DNA from: Eledone cirrhosa
Taxonomy: Eukaryota
Direction: 5' to 3'
Length of the DNA: 64,000 bases
Assembly (NCBI GenBank): GCA_964016885.1
Contig: OZ024740.1
Coordinates: 294,376,001-294,440,000 of the forward strand
The position numbers were made by a program, and so were the translations under genes. The notes below the pieces were generated by a model that saw only the letters and a list, made by a program, of their open reading frames with translations, was not told the DNA's origin and searched no databases. This document shows, in pieces, positions 1-14,429 of this stretch (its first letter is position 1; the number at the start of each line of letters is the position of its first letter).

Positions 1-1252
1 CTAGTCATACTGTTTCCCTTATACATGCTCATCATCGTTTTCTAATTTATCTATCTGGAGTTCACTACTATTGGCACTCCTAATGGCTTTTGTAAATCCT
101 AATTTCAAGATAACTTGGTGACAGCAGGCATAAGATTTGGATCCAGTTTCATCACCTTTCTCTAGCCAAATTTTAAGGTGCTGCTGGTTTTGCTTTTGAC
201 TTGAAGGGTTTATTTAAAGATGTAGCATTTTTATATGCATAATGTTCTATTAATTCACAAATATGCAGAAAAACAAATTTCCACTACATTGTAAATGTTT
301 CAAACACTATCAGACTAGTTTTCATGAAATTCAGTGTAGCATTCTTTAAGTTACACAATAAGCTTCATAATCCTTAAGTTTACAGGTTCTATTCATTCAT
401 TAAAAGAGCATTAACTGTGATATTTATTTCTAAGACTTGGTCTCATAAACAGTTGCCTTCTTAGACTAGGTATCTTACAGCAGATATTTTTCTTTTGTTA
501 TTTTTTAACTGCTTTACTTTGGTGGGCTATTACATGTACTATTAAGTGTTTTAAACATTCAGACTATCCTTTTATTGGTTTTAGAAGAAAAGAAATGTGT
601 AAATGACATTGAACTGCCAACATAATGTATGAGATAGTTTGAAACGATGTTATTTCTAAAATTATGTCTGAGAGATGTGTATCCTTTATAGCAGTTGTAC
701 TGCTGCTATTAAACAACACTAAAAGTTTTCTTGAAATTTAAATTTATTTGAAAATCAACAAATTTGATTCACCATTCTACTACATTGTAAATAGGCCACA
801 CTAAGTCAATTTATCAACCTATCTACAGAAACTTTTTCTCATAACAAATTACTGCCAAATATTTTGACAAAGTCCAAGTTATCTTCTATTTTAAATCACA
901 TTTTATAATCACCGAATTTAATATTTGTTGGATGTGAACACCAAGTACATAAATTGACTCCTTAGGAAAAAAATACCCCTTTATTTAGAATGTATATTCA
1001 ATGAAGGAAAGGAAAAAATAACTGATTCAATTAATTTCAAAATGTTTCATTCTAATATTTTGTGACAATTTCATAATTGTTCATTTTTTTTCCTGTCTTA
1101 TATTTGTGAGTTGCACTTATTTCACAAATGGTTTAACCTGAGATTGTGTGTTGAAATTAAAATAATTGCATCATGGTAGAATAAATCATATTATCCATTT
1201 AAAACATATATATTGTTATATTCTTCTGGTCTTGTTATTTTGTAATAATAGC

Positions 1253-1286
<34 letters not shown>

Positions 1287-2057
1287 ATACTATCATTACA
1301 GTGACAGTAAAACAAATTAATAACAGCAGCATATGTTTGTTTTAATGGTTGACTCCACCACAATGCAATTCTGTTGGTTATATTTAGTTGTCTGGAAATA
1401 TCTGAATACTTGGTTTATTTCATAGATATTGTATAGTTCATTTGAAGTGAATAGCCACTCCAGGGAAAATATCATTTCATTTGATTATATATATAATATA
1501 GAAGTTATCAAACATTATCTATAATAATGAATAGAGGAACATATGCAAATAGAGAACAGATTTTATAGTTGTGTTCCATTGCTGACACAATCATAAGCTT
1601 ATGAATTACATAAATTAAAATGAACAATTCTATAAAGACCAATTAAAATATTGGTGAATAAATATCTAACTACATTACCCACTAAAGATCATCTAATTTC
1701 TTAAACAAGTCATGTACATAGGTATAACACATACAGACACACACGTGTGTGTATGTATTATATGATCATGCATAGTTATATTTTAATGTTTATATTCATT
1801 TACATTTATATGCACACACACACATAGCTATATGCACATATACTGACATTATGACTTGTTTGCATATATTACTTATGCTTACATATATATCTATATCTAT
1901 ATATTTATACATAAACATATGTATGTATTTATAAAATGTTAGTTTAATGAGTCAGATCCTTGTGTTTTCAAGCTTAACATTTTTCTTTTTTTTTTATGAT
2001 TTTAAAACATTACTTCACCTGTCTCTATATATATATGTGTGTGTATATATATATATA

Positions 2058-2106
<49 letters not shown>

Positions 2107-5100
2107 TTCCTTAAACCCATGTTATTTCCTATTTAATGTTAGGAGATTTAGAAAAATACATTTTATCATTTTTTTTATCCATTCTTTCTAATCTTATTCT
2201 TCACACTTGATTTCTGATGTTTTGTGCCAAAGTGTATGAACTCTTTATTACAGAATATGGCAATAATTACAGAGCTATGACATTTAAATATATTTACTTG
2301 CTTATAATCAAAATATACTCATCATTTTATAGTCACTTAATCTAGGAAGACCATTCCTATATACTTAGGTTAATATATAACCTATTAAAATCATTTATTA
2401 TATTGTTTTCCTTGTAATTTTAAAATTATTAAAACCATAATTAAAAGGCTTGCCATGACAATCTCTCTTGGCTGACAGTGTTAGAAAATATTTATGGTTC
2501 AATAAAAAAAAAAAACAAAAAAAAAAGTCTAAATTATATTTACTCCTTTTCATATTTTGTCCATGTTTGGTTTCTATTGTTTAAATTCATGTCTGCAAAT
2601 TAACATGATGGTATGTATTATCATAAAATTGATACAGTATAAATGTGTCTTCTCTAACAAAATAAGTTTTAAATGCTTTTCAAGATTATCTCTAAAGCCT
2701 TCATTGAATTATAATTAAATTATAAGTATGTTATTTGTTGATAATATATCCCTCCTTGTCATATGTTGCTTTTCACTTTTTACGAATTTTATAAACATTA
2801 CATTGTTTTATTTGTTTTTTGTTTTTTTTTAATCAGCAATGCTTTCTTTCTTGGAATTTCAAGGCGAACTATTTCAATTTTGAGAAGACAGTCTGTTGTT
2901 TTTATTTGCTGTCTTCTAAATATATTTACTGATGCAATAAAAATTCAGGTTATTTTACATTTAGTTAATATTAATCTTTAAGATTTCCAATATGCAGATG
3001 TACACGCATTTATTAATAATAAAGCTGTTACTTATTGCAGGTCTTCATATCTTAATTTGTGCATCCAACTGACAATTAGAAATTGTGAGTTCTGTCATTT
3101 TCTATCTTCTTTAAGTAATTATTTGTATTAAACCTGTATGTCTCCATTATGTTGTCATTAAAAAGAAAATTAGATAAAATAAATATACGAGTTTGAGGGA
3201 AAGTTTATTTTTTACAAAAACCAAATTATATTTAAGATTTTTGCCATTAATAGGTTTTATCTATTTGCACAATTTCTTTAGGGTTTTATTTTAAACAAGA
3301 TATGCGACCTTTTGTTTTATTATATAATAGTGTTCATTATGATATTGTCTAGGATTTGATCTGTAGCTGTATAGAGAGCAATGAATAAGTATAGGGAATT
3401 TATATAATGTAATTCTAAGTTTTGGAGGTTTCTTTTTGTCTGTTTTCTTGTTTGTATATTGAAGGTTATAATTTTTTCATAGTTACTCATCTTTTATTTT
3501 TACAAGATAGCATTATCTATGTCTTCTTTAGTGTTTAGAAGTACGATGATATTTAATCAAAGTAGAATTTCAGTGTACATGTTTCTAGATATGATTTTTG
3601 TATTTGCACAGACTATAGGTAATAAAACCATTATAAATTATAGGAATGGCAATGTAAACTAGTTGTTGCAGTCATTTGAGAGTGCCTATCTTGTAAATAT
3701 ATCTCACAGCCATTACTGGAAATTTGAAATATTGTGTTTAAAAGGAAAACTATTATTTGCTTCTTTGGTAAATCACTTTTATATGTGGAAAAATATATCA
3801 TAAATATAAAATATTGTTCTATGTGCTTCTATGTAGAACTGCATTAATTTCTCTTTCTGGCTATATGTATAATTTTTTTAAATAGAAATAATAGCATGTT
3901 TACTACTTTTAATTTACATTTGTTTATGACGTTTGCAACCACATTACATATATCATTATTTTTCACTAACTCGTTATTTATCTTTTTAAAAAACTATTTT
4001 TTATTTCTTCTATCATAAGTTTTGTGATTTAGAAATGTTTTCTACAAGTTACATTAATTCCAGGAAATTTGATTCCATGTGAAAAGAAAAAAACTATTGA
4101 AAATTTTCATTTCATTGAGAAAACTAATTTTCCTTCAGTTCTTTATTATTTTTAAGTTATCTTTCAACATTGACTTACAACAGGCTTTGCTATTTAACCT
4201 GCATTAATGAAAGCCTTTGGATTTATATATGAAATTTTCAAAGAAAAAATTAGTTTTATTATTTGATTTTATTTCTTCTGTTGGCTATTTCATTCTGTCT
4301 TCATACATGGCAAGAAACATATATTCCTCTGTTAATTGTTGATGTGGAATATTTGTATATCATCATCATTCACAATATTTATATATAGATATAGTTTATC
4401 TTAGGATGTAAACAATATTATATGTAGCGCTTTATTTCCACTGGATTCCTTTATTTTTACAAAAACAAAACTTCCAATAAAGTATGAAGCATTTTATGAT
4501 TGTATTGATTACAATTTCTGTAACAAATTTGTTGGATATAATGATGGAGGGAAACTATCTTTTGTTGGTGTGGGAATAGCTTATGCACAAAATTCACTAT
4601 ATTATCTGCTCAAATGTATGTTTGTATACATTTTGTTTTTCATATATTTGGTGTGAATTCTATCATAGAAATGTTATATCTCGCTTATATGCAGGTTGTC
4701 TAGAATAAGGAAATATAAAAACTTCCATAAATTGTTAAAAGTTATGTGTGACTATGAAACAAGTGAATTGAAATCTGTTGGTAATATTTTATTAGATTCT
4801 TGTATACATTTAATCATATGTACTTTAAATATTACAGTTATTTGTTGAGATTAATAATCCATAGAACATATACATTCTTTAAGTGCATTGTTGATTGTAT
4901 TTGTTTCTTTTTCTTCAAATAATTTGGTTGAATTCCATATATCCACAGTTGTTTTAAATTATCAGGAAAATTACTAATACTCTTATTGAATACTTTTCAA
5001 TTTTTATTCAATATTTAATTATTCTTAGATCATTATGGCATTTTTATTTGGTTGTGACAACACAAATCAGAACATTTTATGAGAAAATCAGAAATATGTA

Positions 5101-7619
5101 AGCATTCATACACAATCACACATCATATAACACATGTTTGGAAACAAAAGTTAAGTTGGTACAAAAATTTTATTTCACTTTTCACATTTTGCAGTGATAC
5201 TTGACCCAAAAAAATCATAGTCAAATCTTTTAGAAAGGGGTTTCCTTTAAAATCTTTTTATGTACATCTTCTCAACTATAATGGATATATCCTGGTCTGC
5301 CAAATCACTCTACCATTTCAACTCTAACAAAGTATCCCGTAAATATTGCTTAAATAATAAATTAATTTGAGATACTTTTTTATATTTGATCTCTATTGTA
5401 AATATCTGTTGGTCATGTTTGTCTGTTGCTAGGGAAATAATAGATATTTAAATAACTTTTAATATTCAAATATCAAGTGTTCATAAAAGTATTTCCTTTT
5501 ATTTTAACAATAACTTTGAGAAGTATAAAATCTGTTGATAATATAAAGCAAAGAGTATGACTATCATTTACACAATTTGGGTATTGATCGCATTGTTATG
5601 AAGTGATTCAAATTTAATTTGGACATGTTGAACTTACTATTAGCATTAAAGAAATCTTTCTATGGAGTTTTGTGCTTTTACTGGTTTTTGTCCTTTGTAG
5701 TTTGGATCACAATCACCTCATATTGTTAACCATATATTCATAATCCAGCAATACTCTTGTGGTTATGTGATATTGTCATTAATACTTTGGGATTAACTTT
5801 CAAAACAGGCTCTTAGATGCTATGGTATCACTTGGAATATCCCAAAAGTATTTTGTTATGTCATCCACTGTACCTAAGGTTTTCTGTATTTCTTCAGTTA
5901 TTGTGAAACTGTCATCAATGCTTACTTCTTTGGAATAAATTTCGGAAAACCTAATTGATTCCTTATTAAGATGAATTTTATCTTTAAAAAAAAAAAAAAA
6001 GAATGCTATCTCTATAATATAATAATTATCAAAGAGTTTGTTTAAAGACAAAGAAACAAAAGAAATGGATTCAAACAAATGCCAGTGCAACATATTACTG
6101 AATATAAATTATTTTCAAAATAGTTCATAGATTTCTCAGTTGTCATTTGTTTTTTCATGCCTATTCATCAGAAAAGCTGGCATTGTAATATCGTTTTTAA
6201 GAACGACTTTGTTGTTACTCTTTGTAACTTTTCCAAAAGGAAGGTGATATATATCGAAATTTTATAATTCTGGAAGGAAATGGGTTTGCTCTCTTTCACA
6301 AACACGTACACACAATTGAAAATATTTCTATAGAACATTCAACTTTTATCATTTCTTTAATACATTTTGTTTATTAACCCCACACCTGGCTTTTTTTTTT
6401 TTTTTTCTGTTCTACATATAAATAAATAACTTCATTCTGGTTATTCAGATATTTTAATCTTTACACAGTTTGGGATTGCCTTTGTTAGTATTTTTTTTAT
6501 TAACCATTCCATTACAGAATTCACATAACCATTTTCTAAACTTGTAACACTAATTTGGTCATTTTGGGGGGAGTATTTTTAGAGACATTTGTTTATAGAA
6601 TTTAATGCAGCTGGTACTATCTTTGAAAACTAGTATACAAATAAGCCTTCACTTACATCTAAATATTGGGAAACTGTAAAAGAATTCTTCAATAAATACA
6701 ACTGCCTAGGTTATAAGGATTTTAATGTTAAAGTATTATTACATTGCATATGTTGTTTTCTCCCAATCACTATTTCTCTTTTCATACAGATTATCACTTC
6801 AACTTTCCTTAAGCTGTGTGTTTTACACACACACACACACACACTTTTGTATTTTTATCATAAATCTTAAAGAAGCAAATTTTTATTCAATTCGTTTGAT
6901 TTATTGTATGAAAAGAGTAAATGAATCAATTCACTCTCACCTAAATACTTTTGCTCATTGTTGGTCAGTAGAACTACAAAGCCACTGGATCAATCTCAAT
7001 TGAATCTTGTGTCTTGTGGTTTCATTTTATTCATGCATCTATTCATAAAATAGGTTTGAAATTGTACCAGATCATAATTCGACTCTATATATATAAACTT
7101 TTGGAAGAATAATCAATTATATTAATTCTGATGCCAAATTTAGACTTCAGTTAAATGTCGAAGAAAGCACAGTTGTTTAAATGTCTGAAGTATTCAATAA
7201 GATCCCTCTTCTGGAGAATAACTTGAAATCTCATGTGATTGTAAAATGATAAAAATTATAATTTCTGGTGATTCTTATTCAATAACCAAATGGTCACATT
7301 TGATTATCAGAGTATAAGAATCATCAGAAAAGCTATTTTTCTCCTTTTTCAAATACACACACACACACACCACACACATATATATATGTACACACACATC
7401 TACCTAGTACTCTGGTACCATCATTCCCCCCATTATATATATATCCAACCACCAAATTATTAGATACCGCTGTTTATTTGTTTACTTGAATTTTTGTTTC
7501 AGTGTCTGCTTTATCTCAGAAAATACTGAAATTAGGCAATCTAAATCTTTTTATCAATGATTACTTAGTGAAATTATTTTTGTCTCATGATATATATATA
7601 TATAATCTGTATGTGGTGT

Positions 7620-7669
7620 TCTTGTCTGATGACCCTGTGATAAACAGGCGAAACTCCAGAGTAACAAGA
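7620..7669 (+). ncRNA. Minimal type-I hammerhead ribozyme motif in a short Penelope/retrozyme-like repeat
   Basis: TCTTGT-CTGATGA-c CCTGT gataa ACAGG c-GAAA-CTCCAGAG-TA-ACAAGA: stem I TCTTGT/ACAAGA, core CUGAUGA and GAAA, 5-bp stem II, short stem III, GUA cleavage triplet. There is a C.C mismatch at the base of stem II. The same family recurs at 38262 and 51531. Confidence 0.8.
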
Positions 7670-8159
7670 CTCACTATTTAGCCATAATAAAATGAATATA
7701 TATATATATATATGTGTGTGTATTATTATATTTTAATTATTTGCTTTCTTTCTAAGAACACAACCCAGCTCTATTCAGCATGTCATTTACTCATCAAACT
7801 ACAAGAGTTAAAAAATACTAATTATAATATGTAAAGAAATATGTTCCTTCAGATATTGGTAGCTATAAATGGTTAGTAGTGCTTAATACTGATTACCGTA
7901 TTATGTAGAGATATTTTTCTTTATCATGTATTCATAAGAGAATTGAGAGGGATTCACATCAAACATAGTCCTACTTGTAGAAAAAAAAGCAAGAATAAAT
8001 TACTATTTTGATTCACACAAAAACAAAATAGTTACATAAAACCCATATTTGAAGTATCGTTTTTGTTTTTCCTCCTTCATTGATGTTCTCAAAACTATTC
8101 CCCTGCCTTGTACAATATAAAGCTCTAATCTAGATGTTTTTATATCAGTGCTTTTTAAC

Positions 8160-8209
<50 letters not shown>

Positions 8210-9361
8210 AGAACATCTTCACTTGCTATAATTTTTTTTTTTTTTTTTTTTTTATTTATTGAAATTATTTTTCATCCTATTTTATATAATTGCTTATTTT
8301 GACAATTATTTGACAGATTTTGTCAATTTTGATATTTTCTTGGTATCAGTTATAGTTCTGTTAGCTTTTACATTATTCTTGTAAAACAAATGCATTTTTT
8401 TTTTTTTTTTTAGTGTAACTACTATTTAACTTTTCCTGCTAGTTAACAGTACCAAAAATATTTCATACATTTTTAAAATCACTTTTCCCTTCAGTCTCAT
8501 GTGTATGGATATTCACGATCATCCTTTTGAAGGACAAAATTGTGTTAATATAAATATGAATGCATCAGCTATATAACAATTCAAACTTAATATTATTCAC
8601 TTATATATCAACCTATGTTAAAAAAATGTTCCTCAATTTGCTAACAAGTTATCATTATGCAAAACATGAAGCTGTTCTATCTACATTTAGTTTCTTTCAT
8701 AATGATGTTTTCAAGCCTTTTCCTGTATTTTTTTGTTTTTACATTTTCAATTGAAACATTATTACAACATGCACTTGGATTGTTTTCCATTTCCTTCCAG
8801 ATTTCTCTTGTTTACAGGATAAAGTATTGTTGTCTTATTGTTATGTTCACTTAAGACTAATATTTTGAAACATTAAAAAAGGTAAATATTCTGTCATTCT
8901 CTAGACTTTTTTGTCGTGCTTTTATTTGTCAGCAATAATCTTTTTTTCTCTGTTCATTCTCATCAGTGTATCCCAAATGTGTATCTCAAATCTTTTGGCT
9001 ATTGCCTGTTCCAATAAGTAATACATTTTTTTGGAGTGTAATAGGTTAGCGGTAACAATTTTCCAATATAGAATGGACTTTTATGCAGACAGAAGACCTC
9101 TTCCATTTTTTTTTTATCTTATGTAGCCACAGGCTAGCTGAAGCACCAGGTGCAACCAGGTCTTTTGTTCCAGATAAAACAATGACTTTATCTAGTGGAG
9201 AACCGTACTGTGTGCCTGTTAATTTTGCTGGTATTTTAAATAATTGGTCCTACATGGAAGAAATGATACTATAGATTATACTTCCGACTACCAGTCATAT
9301 TTGTGTGTGTTTATATGTATATATAGTGTGTATGTATATATATAATTTGCGTGTGTGTATA

Positions 9362-10410
9362 CAGGGCGTTCAGACTAAATTTAACCCTTTTTTTTTCTTT
9401 TTTCTTAAGGAAAAAAAAGTAAATATCTTAGCCAAAATTAAATTTATTGGAAAAATAAATTCACTGAAAGAAATTATCCTCAGCATCCACAAAGGCCTCA
9501 ATCCAGCTCCAGAATCTAGCACGTGGCCTTCACAGTATCCCTAGGGAGAGCTTCATACACCTGTTGATCAGCAGTGTAGTTGGTGTCTTTCTCAACCGTG
9601 TCTCACACATAATAATCTTGTTGCCATACATGGCTTAACCACAGTAATCAGCAACTCCACATAGCCAACCGAATTGAGACTGAGACCCTGTTCAAAGATG
9701 TGAGGTGGCATGACATCACCTTCACTGGAGACACATCCAAAAACCATTACAGTTTGGAGATACTTGGTCTTCATCATACAAACGTTATATGGCAAGCCAT
9801 CTGTTGTTCTGGCTGTTGTGCACCTGGTCCCGAAAAATTCTTTTCATCAGAGAAGAACCAGATTGTCCCTGATTCAACAGCATTTATCACTATGTTCAGG
9901 AGTTTCTTTGTCTTTGCCAGACGGTTTTCTAGAGCTTTTTCTGTAAGAAGTTGGCCTTTACGCCTCTTGTATGAGTGGTAGCAGAGGTCCTCATGGTGGA
10001 ACCTGCAACACCCATTTCCTGAGCTAAAGCTCACATTCCCTTGCCTGGGTGTTCCATCACTTTCTCCTGCAGTGCAGTTCTTAGATAAATTCTGATGCTC
10101 GGAAGCAATCAGAACATCTATTGTGTTCTTTCCTACAAGCCACAGCCGCGTAGTCTCCATTGCATCTCTTCATTTGACATATTGCTTTCATATTGTTCAA
10201 AGAGCATTGAGCAGCTGTCATGATTGTGGAATTTTGATGCCTGGCACAAATCATCATGACCCAAGTTACCCTTTTCCAATATTCAGCTGGTTTGCACTTG
10301 TCCATTTCAGTTAATTTTAACATCTTTAAAGCTGTAGCGATTAGGTTTCACAAGGGGTATATCAGAAAAATTAAAAAAATTAGACTCTCAAATTTATCCT
10401 GAACAGCCTG
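9362..10410 (-). mobile_element. Decayed Tc1/mariner-superfamily (maT/DD37D-like) DNA transposon
   Basis: Imperfect TIRs CAGGGCGTTCAGACTAAATTT (9362) and the reverse complement of AAATTTATCCTGAACAGCCTG (ends 10410), TA on the left. Broken minus-strand ORFs contain WFFSDEKNF and VMVFGCVSSEG..PP..F..G..LN...Y, typical of maT transposases. Confidence 0.8.
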
Positions 10411-10559
10411 TGTGTGTTTATATAAAATACGGGACCTGGGTATTGAGATGAACAATGATGCATCGTTTTATGCACCCATCACGAAAATGATGGCATTGTG
10501 CAGATGACTGGCGGGTTGGATTCTGAAGACATTTAGAACAGGCTCGAAAACCATGTTGG

Positions 10560-11100
10560 TCCTCTGGAGGACTTTCGTCTTCAGTCAACTGGGCTATTGT
10601 TCTCAGCTGTGGTCGCCCTGCAAAACTTGAAGCAATTCAAGGAAGTTACACCAAGAGGATTGCCTCAATGAAAGAGATGAGCTACTGGGAGAGGCTGAAG
10701 AAATTAAAGGTTTACTGTCTGGAGCGGAACGGGAGAGATACGCAATGATATACATGGAAGATCTGGAAGGATTAGCACCAAACTTCAGCATTGAAAGCAA
10801 GACCAACCCATGAACAAGACGTCACTGTGTAGTGCCAAAGCTCCCATCAGTCAATAGCCTTGGGTTCAAGGGACCCAGCTTTTTAATAAGCTGCCAAAAA
10901 ATCTAAGATCTACATGGTGTGCATGTAGATGTTTTCAAGAGATATTTCCACATTTTACTGACCAACATCCCAGATGAACCCACAGCACGAGACGAAGTGC
11001 AAATAAGGGTGACAGCAACAAACTCCCAGTGAAGGCTGGCTCTAGAAAGTGTAGCATCAATGGCAGTGCCCCATCATGGCCTCAGTCACTCGGAATGCAA
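10560..11100 (+). mobile_element. CR1-like LINE 3' fragment (degenerate ORF2 C-terminus)
   Basis: Frameshifted translation resembles YWERLKKLKVY.LER.RERYAMIY.WKILEGLAPN ... NSLGFKGP.LFN.LP ... IPDEP, characteristic of CR1-type ORF2 ends. Boundaries approximate. Confidence 0.65.
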
Positions 11101-11102
11101 TT

Positions 11103-11132
<30 letters not shown>

Positions 11133-11133
<1 letters not shown>

Positions 11134-12200
11134 GGTATTGAGGTGCAAGTTGATTGCGTCCATAGGTGGTATGTCAAATGAGCACTCGATGCTCTCGGGG
11201 AGCAGAGTATCAATAGTATTAATATATAAGGGAACAAAGAATCGGTGTTGTATCATATACATATTTAATTACATATTACATATGTTCCACTGTCGATCAT
11301 TTCGAACCTGACTCTCGAATCGGAAGCTCTTCAGATATGTTTTAACATGTAGACTCGCGTCAGTGTGGTTGAATATTATCCCGATTCCTTATATGCTACC
11401 ACAAATTCTGTCATGATGTTTTACCGTATTCACTTGCTTTGTTTTCGGGGGGGGGGGGGGGGGGGGGCTTCTTATAATTTAGCAGCTATTATCTCCATCT
11501 TGATCAATTTGTCGCATGTATCCATGTGTGTCGACCCATCTGCTGGCACATTATTAGTATATATATATATGGGTTCAAAACGATAGATAATGGATTTTTT
11601 TTTTTTTTTTTTTTTTTTTTTCTCTTAATATGGAAAATCCCATGTTTGCATGGATTGTGTGTGGTGGGGGGGTCTTTATCTCAGCTTTTACCTTTTTTCC
11701 CCATGCCTTCTCCGTGTTCCTGCCCTTTGGATCACCTGGTACCTCTTTATCCAACTGTTGTCCTCTGTACATATCACGTCCGTACAAGTGCAGTCATCTT
11801 GCATGGTACATCTGATTCTACTTTATCGCTCATTTATACGACGATTCGAAAGGGTATATATACAGTTCGAAATGAAACCAAAAATGTTACCAAACGCTAG
11901 AATCGATGAGAGTTCGTTTACGAAAATTATTGCTGTAAGTATCAGGTTGCTATATTATGCAAGGAAAATTTCCAACATAGTTACCTCCCTTTTAACACTG
12001 AGTTTTTACCTCCCCTTTGATGCTTGATAATGGGATTAATTTTATATTACAAATATCATTCACTCCTGAGTGAATGGCAGGAGTGTTTGAGAGAACTCTG
12101 CTCCAATGACCCTCTCATGTATAAGTTGGGCGAAGAAGAAATATCCTTCTCTCTCACGTCTACCCGATTATTTTAATGATATTTTTTTGAAAGAGAAAAT
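11133..12200 (-). mobile_element. Probable Penelope-like element 3' relic with degenerate hammerhead
   Basis: CpG-richer segment next to (TA)n. Minus strand reads CTGAAGA (11334-11328) ... GAAA (11303-11300) TGATCGAC, a mutated hammerhead core. No clean ORF. Confidence 0.4.
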
Positions 12201-12614
12201 AAATATTAATTTGATTCACAAGCTGTTTTATGTATGACTGCCTCTACCTTCAATTCATCATAGCAGTCATGGATTGGGCAATTGTAAAATTCAGTTGCAT
12301 TTATACTACTTTTTAGTTTGGTATTAAAATAGGCATAATTAGTCATTATACATGTTGGACATGGTTAGTATTTGGTATAGTCTGTATTACAAAATAAACA
12401 AAAAGTTGCCAGAGAGACAGGAATTAGTGTGTTGAAAGATGGATGATGAACAAAGAAATATTCTTAAACCCAATTAAGTAAATGAGTATTCTAATAAATA
12501 TATTTCCCAATGTGCAATATAAGGTGTTAAGAGTGATCTGTGGCAGGGGACAGTGAAATTTATAGTTATTTACATCAACAGGTAGTCACCTTTAAATAGT
12601 TCTAATTATGCACA

Positions 12615-12802
12615 CGGCCAGCAATTTTGGAGAAGCAGAAAGTTGTTTATATTGACACGAGTACTTAACTGGTTCTTCATTTTGTCAACTCTGGAAGGAA
12701 GAAAGACAAAATTGACCTTGGTGGGATTCAAACTCAGAACATGGAAAGTTGTAACTAAATGCTGCAAAGCATTTTGTCTAATGCTCTACCAGTCCACCAT
12801 CC
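12615..12802 (-). mobile_element. Old tRNA-derived Nin-domain SINE
   Basis: Diverged copy of the GGCAAAGTCAACCTCGGCGGGATTTGAACTCAG family seen many times in the window. Confidence 0.7.
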
Positions 12803-13494
12803 TAAGTACATTACCATAATAATGATATAATAGGCTGGATAGATAGGGTGCAGAGTGTTCTATGTATTAGAAATAGATATGCCAATTATTTAGTATCAAG
12901 AATGAGTAGTAATCAAGGCTAGAGGCAACATTGCACTAGTAGTTTATATTGTATTGTTGTGGAAACTGAATCTATAAAAGGAATTGTGTTAAATAAAGAA
13001 ATTTTGACTAGACTCCTTCAAGTCAGGCTAAACATGCTCAACTATTAGAACTCTTGTTACATTGTAAACATTTCAAAGATGTAGACAAAGGATAATATAT
13101 ATACTTGATTTCTGTTTTTTGCTTTTTGCAACTGATTCATTGGGGAGCAAAGTAAAGTGTCAGTAGTCCTTTTCATGGGTTCTGGGAGTTGTATGAGGAA
13201 TGCAGGAAAGTATCCTTAAACTTGTAACTAGGTCCTGATGCTTGCAATTGAAGAAATTCTACTAAAGATGCCCAAAGACCAGGCAATGGATTAAATCTAC
13301 CATCCAATTAGTTCACTGAAGGACTTGAACAAATATTGCAAAGTATTTTTGGACTTCTACTATATTTTATCAACCGTGAACAGATGAAAACCCAAAAGTT
13401 CACCTCAACAGGATTTGAACACAGCCAGCACAAATATCAAAAGAACTAGTTTATCAGTTCTTTTGCTAAAATGTATACTTGTATACAATTCACA

Positions 13495-14010
13495 TATCAT
13501 CGTTATCATCACTGTTTAATATTTAGTTTCCATGCTTGTATGGGTTAGACGGCTGTTGCATGCTGAAGCTAGACTGGTCAGGTAATTAAGTCCTGCTCAT
13601 ATGGTGTGTTTTGGCTTTTTTATGGCTGAATGCCCTAGAAGCGTGGTTTCTTTGGCTGGTGCACTTCCTAGCACCAATCACTTTACAGAGTACTGAGAGC
13701 ATTTTTATCGTGACCTCAACACTACCACCTTACGGGGTGGACTGGGTGCTTTTATAGTGGCACCAGCACTTTATATATATGAAACATATACATCATCATC
13801 ATCATCGTTTAACGTCTATCTTCCACGCTAGTATGGGTTAGATGGGTATATGAAATATATCTAAGATGAAAACTAAACATGCATATATCATCACCATTTA
13901 ACACCTATTTTCCATGCTTGCATGGGTTAGACAAATTGCCATATTATAAGGATGGTGACCATGTCTTGCTCATACAGATATGTTTTTGACTTGGTTTTCT
14001 ATGGCTGGGA

Positions 14011-14046
<36 letters not shown>

Positions 14047-14215
14047 CCATGTCACCATCACTGCCACTTTGCTGGATGGATATGGTACTTTTCATCATGG
14101 TACCAGTACACCTGGTTAAGTGGTCATACTGGTACCAGTATGACCACTTAACCAGGTGTACTGGGTGCCTTTTGGTCTTGGTATTAGCACAATCACCTTA
14201 CAGGGTGAACTGAGT
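13495..14215 (-). mobile_element. Cluster of RTE-tail SINE/LINE 3' ends
   Basis: Three copies of (CAT)n-GTTTAACGTC..TTCCATGCT.GCATGGGTTAGAC with associated GGATGCCCT/ACCAACCACTTTACAG body motifs. Same family at 17487, 18580, 51308, 51816, 57040 and 61730. Confidence 0.65.
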
Positions 14216-14429
14216 GCTTATATATATATATACAGTGAGAAAGAGAAAAAGGGCTTTGGCGCAGTTTCATGTACAAAATTCTAAAATTGGTTATCTTGTT
14301 GCTATAATGATGCTGCAGCAGTGGAATTAAACCTAGAAGCTACACAGTTGTGAAGTGAAATTCTTAACCATTCAGCCTTGCCTGGAAAGCAGGTAATTAT
14401 CATAAAATGACCTGATCTCTGTAATTACT

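Noticed and set aside
8160-8260. Long poly-T runs as retrocopy tails
   Set aside because: No adjacent recognisable retroposed sequence or TSD; homopolymer lengths are also unreliable.
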